Shown: positions 16,044 through 25,039, numbered from the stretch's first letter. The stretch: 41,686 nt of DNA from an uncultured Schwartzia sp. (GCA_905372875.1 CAJPQU010000001.1:1-41686); one strand, 5' to 3'. The notes: generated by a model not told the origin, from the sequence alone. Program-made: numbers and translations.

Positions 16044-18581
16044 ATGAAACAATATACCGTTACCGGCATGAGCTGCGCGGCCTGCGTGGCCCGGGTGGAA
16101 AAGGCGGTGGCGAAGGTATCGGGGGTGGAGTCGTGCGCCGTTAGCCTCCTGACCAATTCCCTGGGAGTGGAAGGCACGGCATCAGCGGAAGCGGTGGTAG
16201 CTGCCGTAGAAGCGGCGGGCTACGGCGCCGCCCCCAAGGGCGCGGCGGAGCCAGGGAAAGCACCAAGCGCAGCGGAAGACGCCTTGGAAGATAAAGAGAC
16301 GCCGCGCTTAAAGCGCCGCCTTGTGGCGTCGTTAGGGTTTTTAGCAGCCTTGATGTACCTTTCCATGGGACATCCCATGCTGGGCTGGCCCCTGCCGGAC
16401 ATGTTGTCAGAAAATCCCTTGGCCATCGCCTTAGCCGAGCTGCTGCTCGCCGCCGTCGTCCTGCTCATCAATCAGCAGTTTTTCGTGAGCGGCGGAAAAA
16501 GTCTGCTCTCCGGGGCACCGAACATGGACGCCTTGGTAGCCTTAGGGGCGGGTGCAGCCTTTCTTTACAGTGTAGGTGCCTTCTTCACCATGACGGCAGC
16601 CGCCATGGCAGGAGAGATGGCGCGGCTCCAGGGGCTTTTCCACGAACTCTACTTTGAGTCCGCCGCCATGATCGTCGCCCTCATCACCGTGGGGAAAATG
16701 CTGGAAGCCCGCGCCAAGGGAAAGACCACGGACGCCCTGAAAAGCCTCTTGCAGATGGCGCCCCAGACGGCGACGCTCTTCAAAGACGGCGCCGAGACCA
16801 CCGTCCCCGTAGGAGAAGTCAAGGCGGGGGACATCTTCGTGGTTCGCCCGGGGGAGACCATCCCCGTGGACGGCGTGGTGGTGGAAGGCACAAGTGCCGT
16901 GAACGAAGCGGCGCTCACGGGGGAAAGCCTCCCCATCGACAAGGGGCCAGGGGACGAAGTGGCCTCGGCAACGCTGAACCAGTCGGGCTTTCTTCGCTGC
17001 CGGGCGGCACGGGTGGGGGAGGATACCACCCTCGCCCAAATCATCCGTCTCATGGAAGAGGCGGCAGCCACGAAGGCCCCCATCGCCAAGATCGCCGACC
17101 GGGTGTCCGGGGTCTTCGTGCCGGTGGTCATCGCTCTGGCGGCCATCACGGCGGCCGTATGGCTGGCCTTGGGGTCACCCGTCGGCGAAGCGGCAGCCCG
17201 GGGGATTGCCGTCTTAGTCATCAGCTGCCCCTGCGCCTTAGGCCTCGCCACGCCGGTGGCCATCATGGCAGGGAGCGGCCGGGGGGCGCGGAGCGGCATC
17301 CTCTTTAAGACGGCGGCCTCGCTGGAAGCGGCAGGACGCACCCAAATCGTCGCCCTCGATAAGACGGGGACGGTGACCAGCGGCGTCCCCGTGGTCACTG
17401 ACCTCCGCCCGGCGGAAGGCGTCGCGGAAGAAGAACTTTTACGCCTCGCTGCCGCCTTGGAAGAAAAAAGTGAACATCCCCTGGCCAAGGCCATCCGGCA
17501 AAGAGCCCGGGAAGGGGCGCTCACCCTCCCGGAAGGGACAGACTTTCAGGCGCTCCCCGGCCACGGGCTGACCGCCGTCATAGAAGGACAGCGCCTTTGG
17601 GGCGGCAGCCGCGCCTTTGTGAGCGGCAAAGCCGTCCTCCCTACGGCACTGGCAGAAGCCGCCGACACCCTCGCCGAAGAGGGCAAGACGCCCCTCTTTT
17701 TCGCCCGGGAGGGTGTCTCTCTCGGTTTGATCGCCGTGGCGGACACCCTGCGGGAAGACAGCGTCGCCGCCATCGCCCAGCTCAAGGCTATGGGGCTGCG
17801 GGTGGTCATGCTCACGGGGGACAATCGCCGCACCGCCGCCGCCATTGGCCGCGCCGCCGGCGTGGACGAGGTCATCGCCCAAGTCCTTCCCGCCGAAAAG
17901 GAAGCCGCCATCCGCGCCTTACAAACCGCGGGAAAAACGGCCATGGTGGGGGACGGCATCAACGACGCGCCGGCGCTTTCCCGGGCCGACATCGGCATCG
18001 CCATCGGCGCGGGGACGGACATCGCCATCGACGCCGCCGACATCGTGGTGATGAAGAGCCGCCTCTCGGATGTGGCAGCAGCCATCCGTTTAAGCCGGGC
18101 GACCCTGAAAAACATCCGGGAAAATCTCTTCTGGGCGTTCTTCTACAATATCGTCGGCATTCCCTTAGCAGCGGGGGTCTGGATCCCTCTCTTCGGCTGG
18201 ACGCTCAGCCCCATGTTCGCAGCGGCGGCCATGAGCCTTTCCAGCTTCTCCGTGGTGACCAACGCCCTGCGGCTCAATTTTTTCTCTCTCTATGACGCGG
18301 CGAAAGACAGGCGGCGCGAACCGGTTGTTCTCCCCGCTGCCCTATTCTCAACGGAAAGGAACGTGAAAACCATGACAAAGACCATGAAAATCGAAGGCAT
18401 GATGTGCGGCCACTGCGAGGCCACGGTAAAGAAAGCATTAGAAGAATTACCGGCCGTCACGGAGGCCAAGGTGAGCCACGAAGCCGGCACGGCAGTGCTG
18501 ACCCTCTCGGGGGACGTCGCCGACGACGTCTTAAAAAAGGCCGTGGAAGCCAAGGATTATCAAGTCACCGGCATCGAATAA
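16044..18581 (+). CDS. copA: Copper-translocating P1B-type ATPase with N- and C-terminal HMA domains
   Basis: 845 aa. GMSCAACV at the N-terminus, CPC transmembrane motif, DKTGT phosphorylation site, GDGINDAP hinge, and a second HMA (GMMCGHCE) at the C-terminus. Confidence 0.95.
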   Translation: MKQYTVTGMSCAACVARVEKAVAKVSGVESCAVSLLTNSLGVEGTASAEAVVAAVEAAGYGAAPKGAAEPGKAPSAAEDALEDKETPRLKRRLVASLGFLAALMYLSMGHPMLGWPLPDMLSENPLAIALAELLLAAVVLLINQQFFVSGGKSLLSGAPNMDALVALGAGAAFLYSVGAFFTMTAAAMAGEMARLQGLFHELYFESAAMIVALITVGKMLEARAKGKTTDALKSLLQMAPQTATLFKDGAETTVPVGEVKAGDIFVVRPGETIPVDGVVVEGTSAVNEAALTGESLPIDKGPGDEVASATLNQSGFLRCRAARVGEDTTLAQIIRLMEEAAATKAPIAKIADRVSGVFVPVVIALAAITAAVWLALGSPVGEAAARGIAVLVISCPCALGLATPVAIMAGSGRGARSGILFKTAASLEAAGRTQIVALDKTGTVTSGVPVVTDLRPAEGVAEEELLRLAAALEEKSEHPLAKAIRQRAREGALTLPEGTDFQALPGHGLTAVIEGQRLWGGSRAFVSGKAVLPTALAEAADTLAEEGKTPLFFAREGVSLGLIAVADTLREDSVAAIAQLKAMGLRVVMLTGDNRRTAAAIGRAAGVDEVIAQVLPAEKEAAIRALQTAGKTAMVGDGINDAPALSRADIGIAIGAGTDIAIDAADIVVMKSRLSDVAAAIRLSRATLKNIRENLFWAFFYNIVGIPLAAGVWIPLFGWTLSPMFAAAAMSLSSFSVVTNALRLNFFSLYDAAKDRRREPVVLPAALFSTERNVKTMTKTMKIEGMMCGHCEATVKKALEELPAVTEAKVSHEAGTAVLTLSGDVADDVLKKAVEAKDYQVTGIE

Positions 18582-18596
18582 GACCGCTAACACCAT

Positions 18597-18648
18597 GCAT
18601 AGAAAAACGCTTGGCGAAGAGAAATCTTCGCCAAGCGTTTTTCTATGC
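18597..18648. terminator. Bidirectional rho-independent terminator after copA
   Basis: Perfect 23-bp stem GCATAGAAAAACGCTTGGCGAAG / CTTCGCCAAGCGTTTTTCTATGC with a 6-nt loop. The T5 run lies within the stem's 3' arm. Confidence 0.85.
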
Positions 18649-18811
18649 GTTTCCTTCAGAAATGTTACCCTTCCGACGGCTGGGGAGGTCATCCCGCAGC
18701 CAAGCCGCCATTTTTTATCCAGCTTCGACAAAAGGCCGATATAAAGCTCTTTGATGTGCCGGAAAATATTCCGCTTCGTCCCGCCTATGCCTTGCCTGCC
18801 CCCCGGGCAAA

Positions 18812-18859
18812 GAAAATGCCGCCCTAAAGGAGACATGTGTCTGTTCTTTCAGGGGCGGC
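18812..18859 (-). terminator. Candidate terminator of the minus-strand gene 18877..19665
   Basis: GCCGCCC (18818-18824) pairs with GGGCGGC (18853-18859) around an inner AGACA..TGTCT pairing. The sequence is T-rich downstream on the minus strand. Confidence 0.5.
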
Positions 18860-18876
18860 GCATGGTTTTCGCAAAA

Positions 18877-19665
18877 TCAAAAATATAAATTGAGCAGCGT
18901 TCCCAGGCGGTTGTAATTCGCCTGCTGGAGGAGCGCCCGGTTAGAGTAGTTCAGCTGGGTGGGATCGACGGCTTTTTTCCCCACCAGAGACTCTACCCCG
19001 GGGAAGAGCTGGCCCTTCTGGAACGTCGCCTGATTCGCCCGCGCCTCGGCTCGCCCGGCCAAACCGTTTTTCCCTAAGACCGCTTCCACCGTCTTGGGAG
19101 ATTTCTTCAGTGCCTCCGTCAGGCGGTCATTGTCCACCTTGAGTTGTCCCGTGGCCGCATCCGTGGTGACGCCTACCGATTGCAGCGAGCGGGAGAAATA
19201 CCGCTCCTCCTTAAAGGTGTCCGCCATGCGTCCCACCCGGCTGGACACGTCGGCATTGCTGTCAAAGAATTTCACCGCGTCGTTATACTGATTGACGAAA
19301 TCATTGACCTTGCCGAGGACGGCCTTCGTATTGGCGTCGGTCTCCGCCGCCGTTTGCCCGTTGACGTTGAAATCGGCGGATTTCAGTGCCGCGGCGGATT
19401 TTTTGAGGTTTGCCGTCGTCTTGTCGGCTTCGGTATTGAACTGCTTCTGCGCCGCTGAATACTGCTTTAAAAGGCGGCCAATCTGGGGGCCGCTGCCGTA
19501 AAGGGAGGCAAATGCGTTATACCGGTTCTCCCGCGAGGACGTCCTTCGCTCGCCCCAAAAAGAATTTTGCGCGTTCGCGTTCGACAGGCGGCCAAAGGCC
19601 AGCCCGCGGTTGGCGATCTGATACATCAGCGACGTCTGCCGTGCCGTAGAAAAAATCGTTGCCAT
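18877..19665 (-). CDS. Hypothetical protein with weak FliD-like (flagellar cap) resemblance
   Basis: 262 aa, Asn/Gln/Ala-rich with no signal peptide. The segment LKVDNDRLTEALKKSPKTVEAVLGKNGLAGR resembles a FliD C-terminal region. An AT-rich upstream region carries an extended -10 (TGATATAAT on the minus strand at 19765-19773). Confidence 0.65.
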   Translation of the reverse strand: MATIFSTARQTSLMYQIANRGLAFGRLSNANAQNSFWGERRTSSRENRYNAFASLYGSGPQIGRLLKQYSAAQKQFNTEADKTTANLKKSAAALKSADFNVNGQTAAETDANTKAVLGKVNDFVNQYNDAVKFFDSNADVSSRVGRMADTFKEERYFSRSLQSVGVTTDAATGQLKVDNDRLTEALKKSPKTVEAVLGKNGLAGRAEARANQATFQKGQLFPGVESLVGKKAVDPTQLNYSNRALLQQANYNRLGTLLNLYF

Positions 19666-19808
19666 ACGTCCTTATCTCCTTCCCTGTGAGAAAATCATAT
19701 CCGTTGCTTTTATTTAATCCTGTACGATATCACCTTACATCATAATTATACTATAACCACTAAGATTATATCACATTTTTCTGAAGGCGGAAACAGAATT
19801 TTCCTTCT

Positions 19809-20534
19809 TCAGCGCAGCGTCTCCACGGTGAAGGCTGACGCGCCGCAGCGGGCGCAGCGATAGCGGCCGGGATGACGGACGATGGCCCCAGCCCGCAGGT
19901 AACAGAAAGCGCTGCCGCAGGCCCCGCAAGTCACCCGGTAGCGATAGCGCAATGCGATAGGGAGGATGGCCGTTTCCGCCGAATGAACGGTGAGGGAGAG
20001 CCCCAAGGCCTCATTGAGCTTTCGCAGGAAGAAACGAAAGTGGGTGCCGTGTCCCTCGCCATAGGGCAGGCAAGCGTGGAGCATTTCGTGGCCGATGACG
20101 TTGACGAGGTTTTCCTCGTTGCCGGGAAAAAAGAGGTGCCGGCTGAAGGCGAGCACGCAGCGCGTATCATCGGCGCGGCGGATGAGACAGGTGCCAAATT
20201 CCCGAAGCCCCCGGGAAAGGCGAATCCGCTCCACCTGCCGCAGGGGGAGCGGCCGCCCCGCGTAGTGCCGCAATACCGCCTCCATCGGGGGACGATAGGC
20301 AGCGATGATGTCCGCCGCCAACATGCGCCGGGCCGCGTCCGTCTCCGCTCCCGCAAGGGCGGCGCGAAAATCCGCCGCCGTAGGAAGTGTATCCGCCAAA
20401 AACGGAAAATACGCGGCGCCCTGTTTTCGTCCCTCTTCCCCAGCAAAAGGCCACGCCTCTCTCCCGGGCGCCGATAGCGGCGGCGCGGATCGGGCCGCTT
20501 CTCCTGTGCGTTCCGTACCCCAAAGATTTGTCAT
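19809..20534 (-). CDS. SprT-like zinc metalloprotease domain protein with a C-terminal zinc ribbon
   Basis: HEMLH (HExxH) motif and C-terminal CGACG...CARCG. Start chosen at M14, 1 nt after the DUF4446 stop (TAAGATG). Confidence 0.8.
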   Translation of the reverse strand: MTNLWGTERTGEAARSAPPLSAPGREAWPFAGEEGRKQGAAYFPFLADTLPTAADFRAALAGAETDAARRMLAADIIAAYRPPMEAVLRHYAGRPLPLRQVERIRLSRGLREFGTCLIRRADDTRCVLAFSRHLFFPGNEENLVNVIGHEMLHACLPYGEGHGTHFRFFLRKLNEALGLSLTVHSAETAILPIALRYRYRVTCGACGSAFCYLRAGAIVRHPGRYRCARCGASAFTVETLR

Positions 20535-20535
20535 C

Positions 20536-21048
20536 TTAGCGGGCGCTCTGGATCGCCTGCCGGATCGCTTCATCCTCTTCGTCAGTCAGAGTATAGGTGG
20601 ATTTCCCGGCCTCGATGGGCTTCACATAGCTTCGGGAATCTTCGCGCCCGAAAATACTGGACAGCACCACCCCGTTGTTTTCCGAATCTAAGAGCGCCAC
20701 GGCATAGGAAAGATCGCTCCCCATGTCTTCAAAGGCGCGAAAGCGCACCACCCCCACCCGGGTGATCGCCTTCGCCAAGAGGGCGCTGATGCGGCGATTT
20801 TCCGCCTGAAGCTCCTGATTTTCCGCCGCCACAGCGTGGGTCTCCTCGATGTGTCCCAAGAGCATCGCCTCAAAATCCCGGCCCGTTTCCTCCCCCGTCA
20901 TCATCTGCCGGTAGCGCCCTTTGAGACTGCTGACGGCCACCAGAAGATAAATGATGAGGAGGATTAAGAGCGCCATCACAGCGGTCAAAGCGCCCACTAA
21001 ATACGGCAAATTCTCCCCTTGCAAAAAAGATAATATCGCTTTCTCCAT
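20536..21048 (-). CDS. DUF4446-family membrane-anchored protein
   Basis: 170 aa. N-terminal TM helix, coiled segment, then VGVVRFRAFEDMGSDLSYAVALLD. This family typically follows parB in Firmicutes. Confidence 0.85.
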   Translation of the reverse strand: MEKAILSFLQGENLPYLVGALTAVMALLILLIIYLLVAVSSLKGRYRQMMTGEETGRDFEAMLLGHIEETHAVAAENQELQAENRRISALLAKAITRVGVVRFRAFEDMGSDLSYAVALLDSENNGVVLSSIFGREDSRSYVKPIEAGKSTYTLTDEEDEAIRQAIQSAR

Positions 21049-21078
21049 TTACTCTCCCTTATCTCCTCTACTGTTCTA

Positions 21079-22071
21079 TCAGGTGGTAAAGCGGCGGGAA
21101 ACCTCCCGCAAGAGCGTCTTTTTGCGCTCCACACTCTCCGTGCGCACTTCTCCCAGCGCTTCGACGATGCGGTCCAGATCCGCCTGATCCTTGAAATTGA
21201 TGACGATGCGGCTCTGGGTCATGCCCACATGAATATGTACCGGTGCGCCGAAGAACATTTTTAGTTTATCTTCCGCGTCCTCGATGAAAAATTCTTTCTC
21301 CTTCACCGTCACCGCCGGTTCCTTCAGCCACTCCACCGGATCTAAAAATTTCGGATCCTTTTTCAGCTTGGTCACCAGCTGCTCCGCTTCCCGGGCCGAA
21401 AGATTATGCCCAGCGATGTGATCTGCCGCCTTCTGCACCAATTCCGGCGTGGAAAGGGCCAGGAGCGGCCGGGCCTGCCCCATGAGCAGTACCCCCTGCA
21501 GCAAGCTCTCCTGCACCTTCTTCGGCAGCGCCAAGAGCCGCAGGATATTAGCGATGTGAGAACGGCTGGCCCCCACCTTTTCCGATAATTCTGCCTGCGT
21601 CAGCCCAAAGCGATCCATCAGCACCTGATAGGCCCGCGCTTCTTCGATAACGTTAAGATCCTCCCGCTGCACGTTCTCAATGATGGCCACTTCGGCCATT
21701 TCCAGCGGGTTAAAGACGCGCACAATGGCGGGGATCTCTTTCAGCCCGGCCAGTTTTGCCCCCCGGTAGCGGCGCTCCCCGGCGACGATCTCATACCCGT
21801 CCCCTGCCGGCCGTACTAAAATCGGCTGTAAAACCCCGTACTGCCGCACCGACGCCGCCAACTCCTCCATGGCCGCCTCATCAAAGGTCTGCCGCGGCTG
21901 CTCCGGATTCGGGTGGACCCGATCCATGGGGAGCGACTCCACCCTTTGCCCATGCACCCCCGCCGCATCAGGAGCCGTGCCGTCTATCGAAGGCGCAGGC
22001 GCCTCCCGCCATTTCGGTGCGGTGGGAAGAAGCGCCCCTAAGCCGCGCCCTAGGCCTTTCGTCTTAGCCAC
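21079..22071 (-). CDS. parB: Chromosome partitioning protein ParB/Spo0J
   Basis: GTG 22071 follows GGAGG, giving VAKTKGLGRGLGALL. ParB box GERRYRA-like (AGERRYRGA) and an HTH (GLTQAELSEKVGASRSHIAN). Overlaps the parA stop by 8 nt. Confidence 0.93.
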   Translation of the reverse strand: MAKTKGLGRGLGALLPTAPKWREAPAPSIDGTAPDAAGVHGQRVESLPMDRVHPNPEQPRQTFDEAAMEELAASVRQYGVLQPILVRPAGDGYEIVAGERRYRGAKLAGLKEIPAIVRVFNPLEMAEVAIIENVQREDLNVIEEARAYQVLMDRFGLTQAELSEKVGASRSHIANILRLLALPKKVQESLLQGVLLMGQARPLLALSTPELVQKAADHIAGHNLSAREAEQLVTKLKKDPKFLDPVEWLKEPAVTVKEKEFFIEDAEDKLKMFFGAPVHIHVGMTQSRIVINFKDQADLDRIVEALGEVRTESVERKKTLLREVSRRFTT

Positions 22072-22822
22072 GTTTTGCCACCTCCTTCGCCAACGCCATG
22101 TAAACTTCCGCCCCTTTCGCCTTCTCATCGTAAAAGACGGCCGGCATCCCGTAAGAAGGCGCTTCGCTGAGGCGCACCGTCCGGGGAATCACCGTATCAT
22201 ACACCTTATCGGGGAAATACTTTCGCACTTCTTCCACCACCTGCTGCGACAGATTCGTGCGGTAATCGTACATGGTGAGCAGGACGCCCGCCACCGTCAG
22301 GTTCGCATTCAGACTCTCCTGCACCAGTTTCAAGGTACTGAGGAGCGCCGTCAATCCCTCCAACGCGTAAAACTCGCACTGGATCGGCATCAAAAGCCCG
22401 TCCGCCGCCGTCAGGGAATTGAGATTCAAAAGGCCCAGGGAGGGAGGGCAGTCGATGATGATGAAATCATACGCGTCCCGCACCGTATCCAGCGCTTTCT
22501 TCAGGCGGAATTCCCGGCCTTCTGCCTGGGCCAGCTCGATCTCCGCCCCCGCCAAATTGATATTAGCCGGAAGAATATCCAATTTATACGCCGTGGTACG
22601 GATGGCTTCCCGGGGCGCCAGACCGTCCAGGATCACCTCGTACACCGTGGGCGTCAGCGTCCCCTTATCGAGGCCCACGCCGCTGGTGGCGTTGCCCTGG
22701 GGATCAAAATCCACCAGGAGAACTCGCTTCCCCAATATGCCAAGCCCGGCGCTCAGATTCACCGCCGTCGTCGTCTTGCCCACGCCGCCCTTTTGGTTGG
22801 CTACCGCTATAATTTTTGCCAA
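22064..22822 (-). CDS. parA: Chromosome partitioning ATPase ParA/Soj
   Basis: TTG start after GGGGTGAGAGG. Deviant Walker A NQKGGVGKTTT. Full-length, 252 aa. Candidate -10 TATAAT on the minus strand at 22872-22877. Confidence 0.95.
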   Translation of the reverse strand: MAKIIAVANQKGGVGKTTTAVNLSAGLGILGKRVLLVDFDPQGNATSGVGLDKGTLTPTVYEVILDGLAPREAIRTTAYKLDILPANINLAGAEIELAQAEGREFRLKKALDTVRDAYDFIIIDCPPSLGLLNLNSLTAADGLLMPIQCEFYALEGLTALLSTLKLVQESLNANLTVAGVLLTMYDYRTNLSQQVVEEVRKYFPDKVYDTVIPRTVRLSEAPSYGMPAVFYDEKAKGAEVYMALAKEVAKRG

Positions 22823-22939
22823 CGCCTCTCACCCCGCCCTTCTCTCAATTTTCGGCTTACGGTTTGTTTCTATTATAGCGAAACTTTTTCGGAAGATAAA
22901 GAGCCTTCGGCCTCATTTCCCAAATTCTTTCGATAAAAA

Positions 22940-22955
22940 TGTTTCACGTGAAACA
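22940..22955. promoter_or_regulatory. parS site 1 (perfect palindrome)
   Basis: TGTTTCACGTGAAACA, embedded in a perfect 34-bp palindrome at 22931-22964. About 63 bp upstream of the candidate parA -10. Confidence 0.9.
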
Positions 22956-23224
22956 TTTTTATCGAAAAACGCCTCGCCAATCAGCTTCCATATGTCCCGC
23001 GCCGCCGAAGCTTCACCAAAAACACTTCCAGTTTTATCTCCCTTTGATTCGTCACCCCGCAAAGATCCTACCGGGGACAATCCTTCTCATAAAGCCAGCC
23101 ATGTTATTTTGGTTCCCGTAAAGGCGCCGGCGACAAGGGAAGAGGAATTACAAAACGCGCGCTGCGCATGGAGAAAGGTTGGCGTGTTGTGCAGGCTTTC
23201 GGATGCGGTCTCACATTTTTCCGA

Positions 23225-23240
23225 TGTTTCACGTGAAACA
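23225..23240. promoter_or_regulatory. parS site 2 (perfect palindrome)
   Basis: TGTTTCACGTGAAACA within the 24-bp palindrome CCGATG...CATCGG. Confidence 0.9.
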
Positions 23241-23301
23241 TCGGAAAAATACGCAGCTTTATAGAAAAGTCTTCCGGTCGGAGCTGCTTTCTTTTGGAAA
23301 A

Positions 23302-23317
23302 TGTTTCACGTGGAACA
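23302..23317. promoter_or_regulatory. parS site 3
   Basis: TGTTTCACGTGGAACA, the reverse complement of the B. subtilis-type TGTTCCACGTGAAACA. Confidence 0.88.
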
Positions 23318-23413
23318 TTTTCCAGTTAAACGCCGAAGAAAAATTTTACATTACCAGCGGCGCGTCAAATCATATCTCGGGATCCCATCTTCGAAAAAAT
23401 TCTCACGCAAAAA

Positions 23414-23429
23414 TGTTTCACGTGGAACA
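23414..23429. promoter_or_regulatory. parS site 4
   Basis: TGTTTCACGTGGAACA. Confidence 0.88.
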
Positions 23430-23632
23430 ATATACTATCCCTCGCTTTCCGTCATGAAGGCCGCCTCGACAAACTGCGCCAGGGAAGCGCTCCCTTTCGC
23501 CGATCTTTTCCACGGCCCCCGATAAAACCCCATGCAGCACGCTCACACCCCATCCAAAAGCTTCTTTTTCTTTCGTTTTTCCGTCGTGTATTCGCCTAAA
23601 TTGATTTTTCTTTTCCCCTGTTTCTTTTAAAA

Positions 23633-23648
23633 TATTTCACGTGAAACA
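23633..23648. promoter_or_regulatory. parS site 5 (one mismatch)
   Basis: TATTTCACGTGAAACA. Confidence 0.75.
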
Positions 23649-23706
23649 TTTTCTTGGAAGTTGTTTGTCATAGCAGCGGGGGAGTTATTGGGTCGTGGGG
23701 ACGCAG

Positions 23707-23722
23707 TGTTTCACGTGGAACA
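23707..23722. promoter_or_regulatory. parS site 6
   Basis: TGTTTCACGTGGAACA. Lies at the end of the inverted duplicated segment. Confidence 0.88.
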
Positions 23723-23836
23723 TTGGATTTTTATTTCCTCTGTTCGATAGGACAGGAACCGCGGGGGACGTCAACGAACGCCGGACGAGGCAGTCCGTTG
23801 TTAGGGCAAACGTTTTTTAAACGGCTCGGCCTGGAA

Positions 23837-23852
23837 TGTTTCACGTGAAACA
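23837..23852. promoter_or_regulatory. parS site 7 (perfect palindrome)
   Basis: TGTTTCACGTGAAACA, with a 39-bp centre-to-centre distance to site 8. Confidence 0.9.
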
Positions 23853-23875
23853 AAAAATTCAGATCACCTTCTCAA

Positions 23876-23891
23876 TGTTTCACGTGAAACA
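23876..23891. promoter_or_regulatory. parS site 8 (perfect palindrome)
   Basis: TGTTTCACGTGAAACA. Confidence 0.9.
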
Positions 23892-24175
23892 TTATTTCCT
23901 ATTCCCATCAAAAACAACAGAACTTCTTTGTCAAAAGTATTCCCATCAACATTTTCTCGGTATGCCTCATGATATTTTGAGAGAGCCTCCAGCTTTCGAT
24001 AAGCACCTCATTTTGTCCATACGGCCTCGCTAACCGGTGCCTTCCCACCGTCCCACCCAAACTCCTCCAATATTTTCTTTTTTTCGGCCACCTTTTCCGC
24101 TAAAATTAATTCCCTTTGTCTGTAGAACCTATCCTATGTTCTCCGTGAAATGAAAAAATTTTCCCCGTCACAAAA

Positions 24176-24191
24176 TGTTTCACGTGAAACA
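24176..24191. promoter_or_regulatory. parS site 9 (perfect palindrome)
   Basis: TGTTTCACGTGAAACA. A degenerate relic lies 39 bp upstream at 24137-24152. The site is 39 bp upstream of the TTGACG -35 of the next gene. Confidence 0.9.
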
Positions 24192-24229
24192 TTTTTATCG
24201 CCGCCTCGCCATCGCCGACCATCTTCCAT

Positions 24230-24258
24230 TTGACGCTTTGCCATATAGGCATTACAAT
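24230..24258 (+). promoter_or_regulatory. Candidate promoter of the methionine synthase activation-domain gene
   Basis: TTGACG (24230-24235), 17 nt, TACAAT (24253-24258). Confidence 0.5.
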
Positions 24259-24298
24259 AGATGCATCTTTATATAAAGGATATAAAGGCGGTGTTCTT

Positions 24299-25012
24299 AT
24301 GCCAATCTATAACGCACCGCTGCCAAAAGTGGACGCGGCGGAAACACGGCGCTATGCAGGGCTGAAAAGCGCCGTGTTTGATGAAGAAAAGATTCGCCAG
24401 GCAGCGGATGAAGCGGCGCTTTTAGCCGCTCCCCGGGGCATCTGGCAGCAATATCCATACGACAGCGAACGTCATACCGTCGTCGCTGCACCGGAATTTC
24501 CCATTGTCGGCCGCAGCATTGAGAAACATCTCCAAGGCTGTGAAGCGGTGATCATCTTGGCGGCGACGGTAGGGGAAAGCATTGAGGAAGCTGTAACCCA
24601 GCACTTTAACGCGGGGGAGTACGCCTACGCCGTTCTCCTTGACGCCGCCGCCACTGCCGCCGTGGAGCAGGTGGCCGACGCCATGGAAAAAACCATGCGT
24701 CCCGCCGCCGCCCGCTCCGGCTGCACCATGCGTTGGCGCTACAGCCCCGGCTACGGTGACTGGCCTCTCACCGAGCAGCCCCATCTCATCCGACTGTCCC
24801 AGGCAGAGGAAATCGGCATTCACCTGACGGAATCCCTCATGCTCTGGCCGAGGAAATCCATCACCGCCATCATCGGCCTCGCAAAAAAAGATATCGCGGC
24901 CCCCAAAAAGCCATCTCCCTCCGGCTGTGCCGTCTGCGCCAAAACGGACTGCCTCGCCCGGCGTTCGCTGACGGGCTCCGTCGGTTCCTGTCCTCTTGAG
25001 CAGGAGCCATAA
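24299..25012 (+). CDS. Stand-alone vitamin-B12-dependent methionine synthase activation (AdoMet-binding) domain protein
   Basis: Start at M24 of the ORF (MPIYNAPLPK...). RWRYSPGYGDWPL and LTESLMLWPRKSITAIIGL resemble the MetH reactivation domain. Lies next to a MetH that lacks this domain. Confidence 0.85.
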   Translation: MPIYNAPLPKVDAAETRRYAGLKSAVFDEEKIRQAADEAALLAAPRGIWQQYPYDSERHTVVAAPEFPIVGRSIEKHLQGCEAVIILAATVGESIEEAVTQHFNAGEYAYAVLLDAAATAAVEQVADAMEKTMRPAAARSGCTMRWRYSPGYGDWPLTEQPHLIRLSQAEEIGIHLTESLMLWPRKSITAIIGLAKKDIAAPKKPSPSGCAVCAKTDCLARRSLTGSVGSCPLEQEP

Positions 25013-25023
25013 AAATTCCGCAA

Positions 25024-25039
25024 TGTTCCACGTGAAACA
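25024..25039. promoter_or_regulatory. parS site 10
   Basis: TGTTCCACGTGAAACA, identical to the classical B. subtilis consensus. Lies 12 bp after the stop of the activation-domain gene. Confidence 0.9.

Noticed and set aside
18649-18811. Possible gene remnant between the copA terminator and the next terminator (ORFs 18531..18836(-) and 18645..18827(+)).
   Set aside because: There is no RBS and no recognisable motif, and the ORFs run through terminator hairpins. I treat this as non-coding.
21869-22936. A 355-aa plus-strand ORF opposite parB/parA. Similar long antisense ORFs occur at 24422..25354(-), 29394..30227(-), 30295..31119(+), 39852..40838(-), 16649..17524(-) and 5195..5833(+).
   Set aside because: These are typical shadow ORFs of GC-rich coding DNA. 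Their products are Arg/Pro/Gly-rich with no recognisable motifs, while the opposite strand encodes clear ParA/ParB, MetH-activation, PurH, DnaN, CopA and DUF805 sequences.
24137-24152. TGTTCTCCGTGAAATG, a parS-like 16-mer 39 bp upstream of site 9.
   Set aside because: It has four to five mismatches to the consensus, including the central CACGTG core. I treat it as a decayed relic rather than a functional twelfth site.
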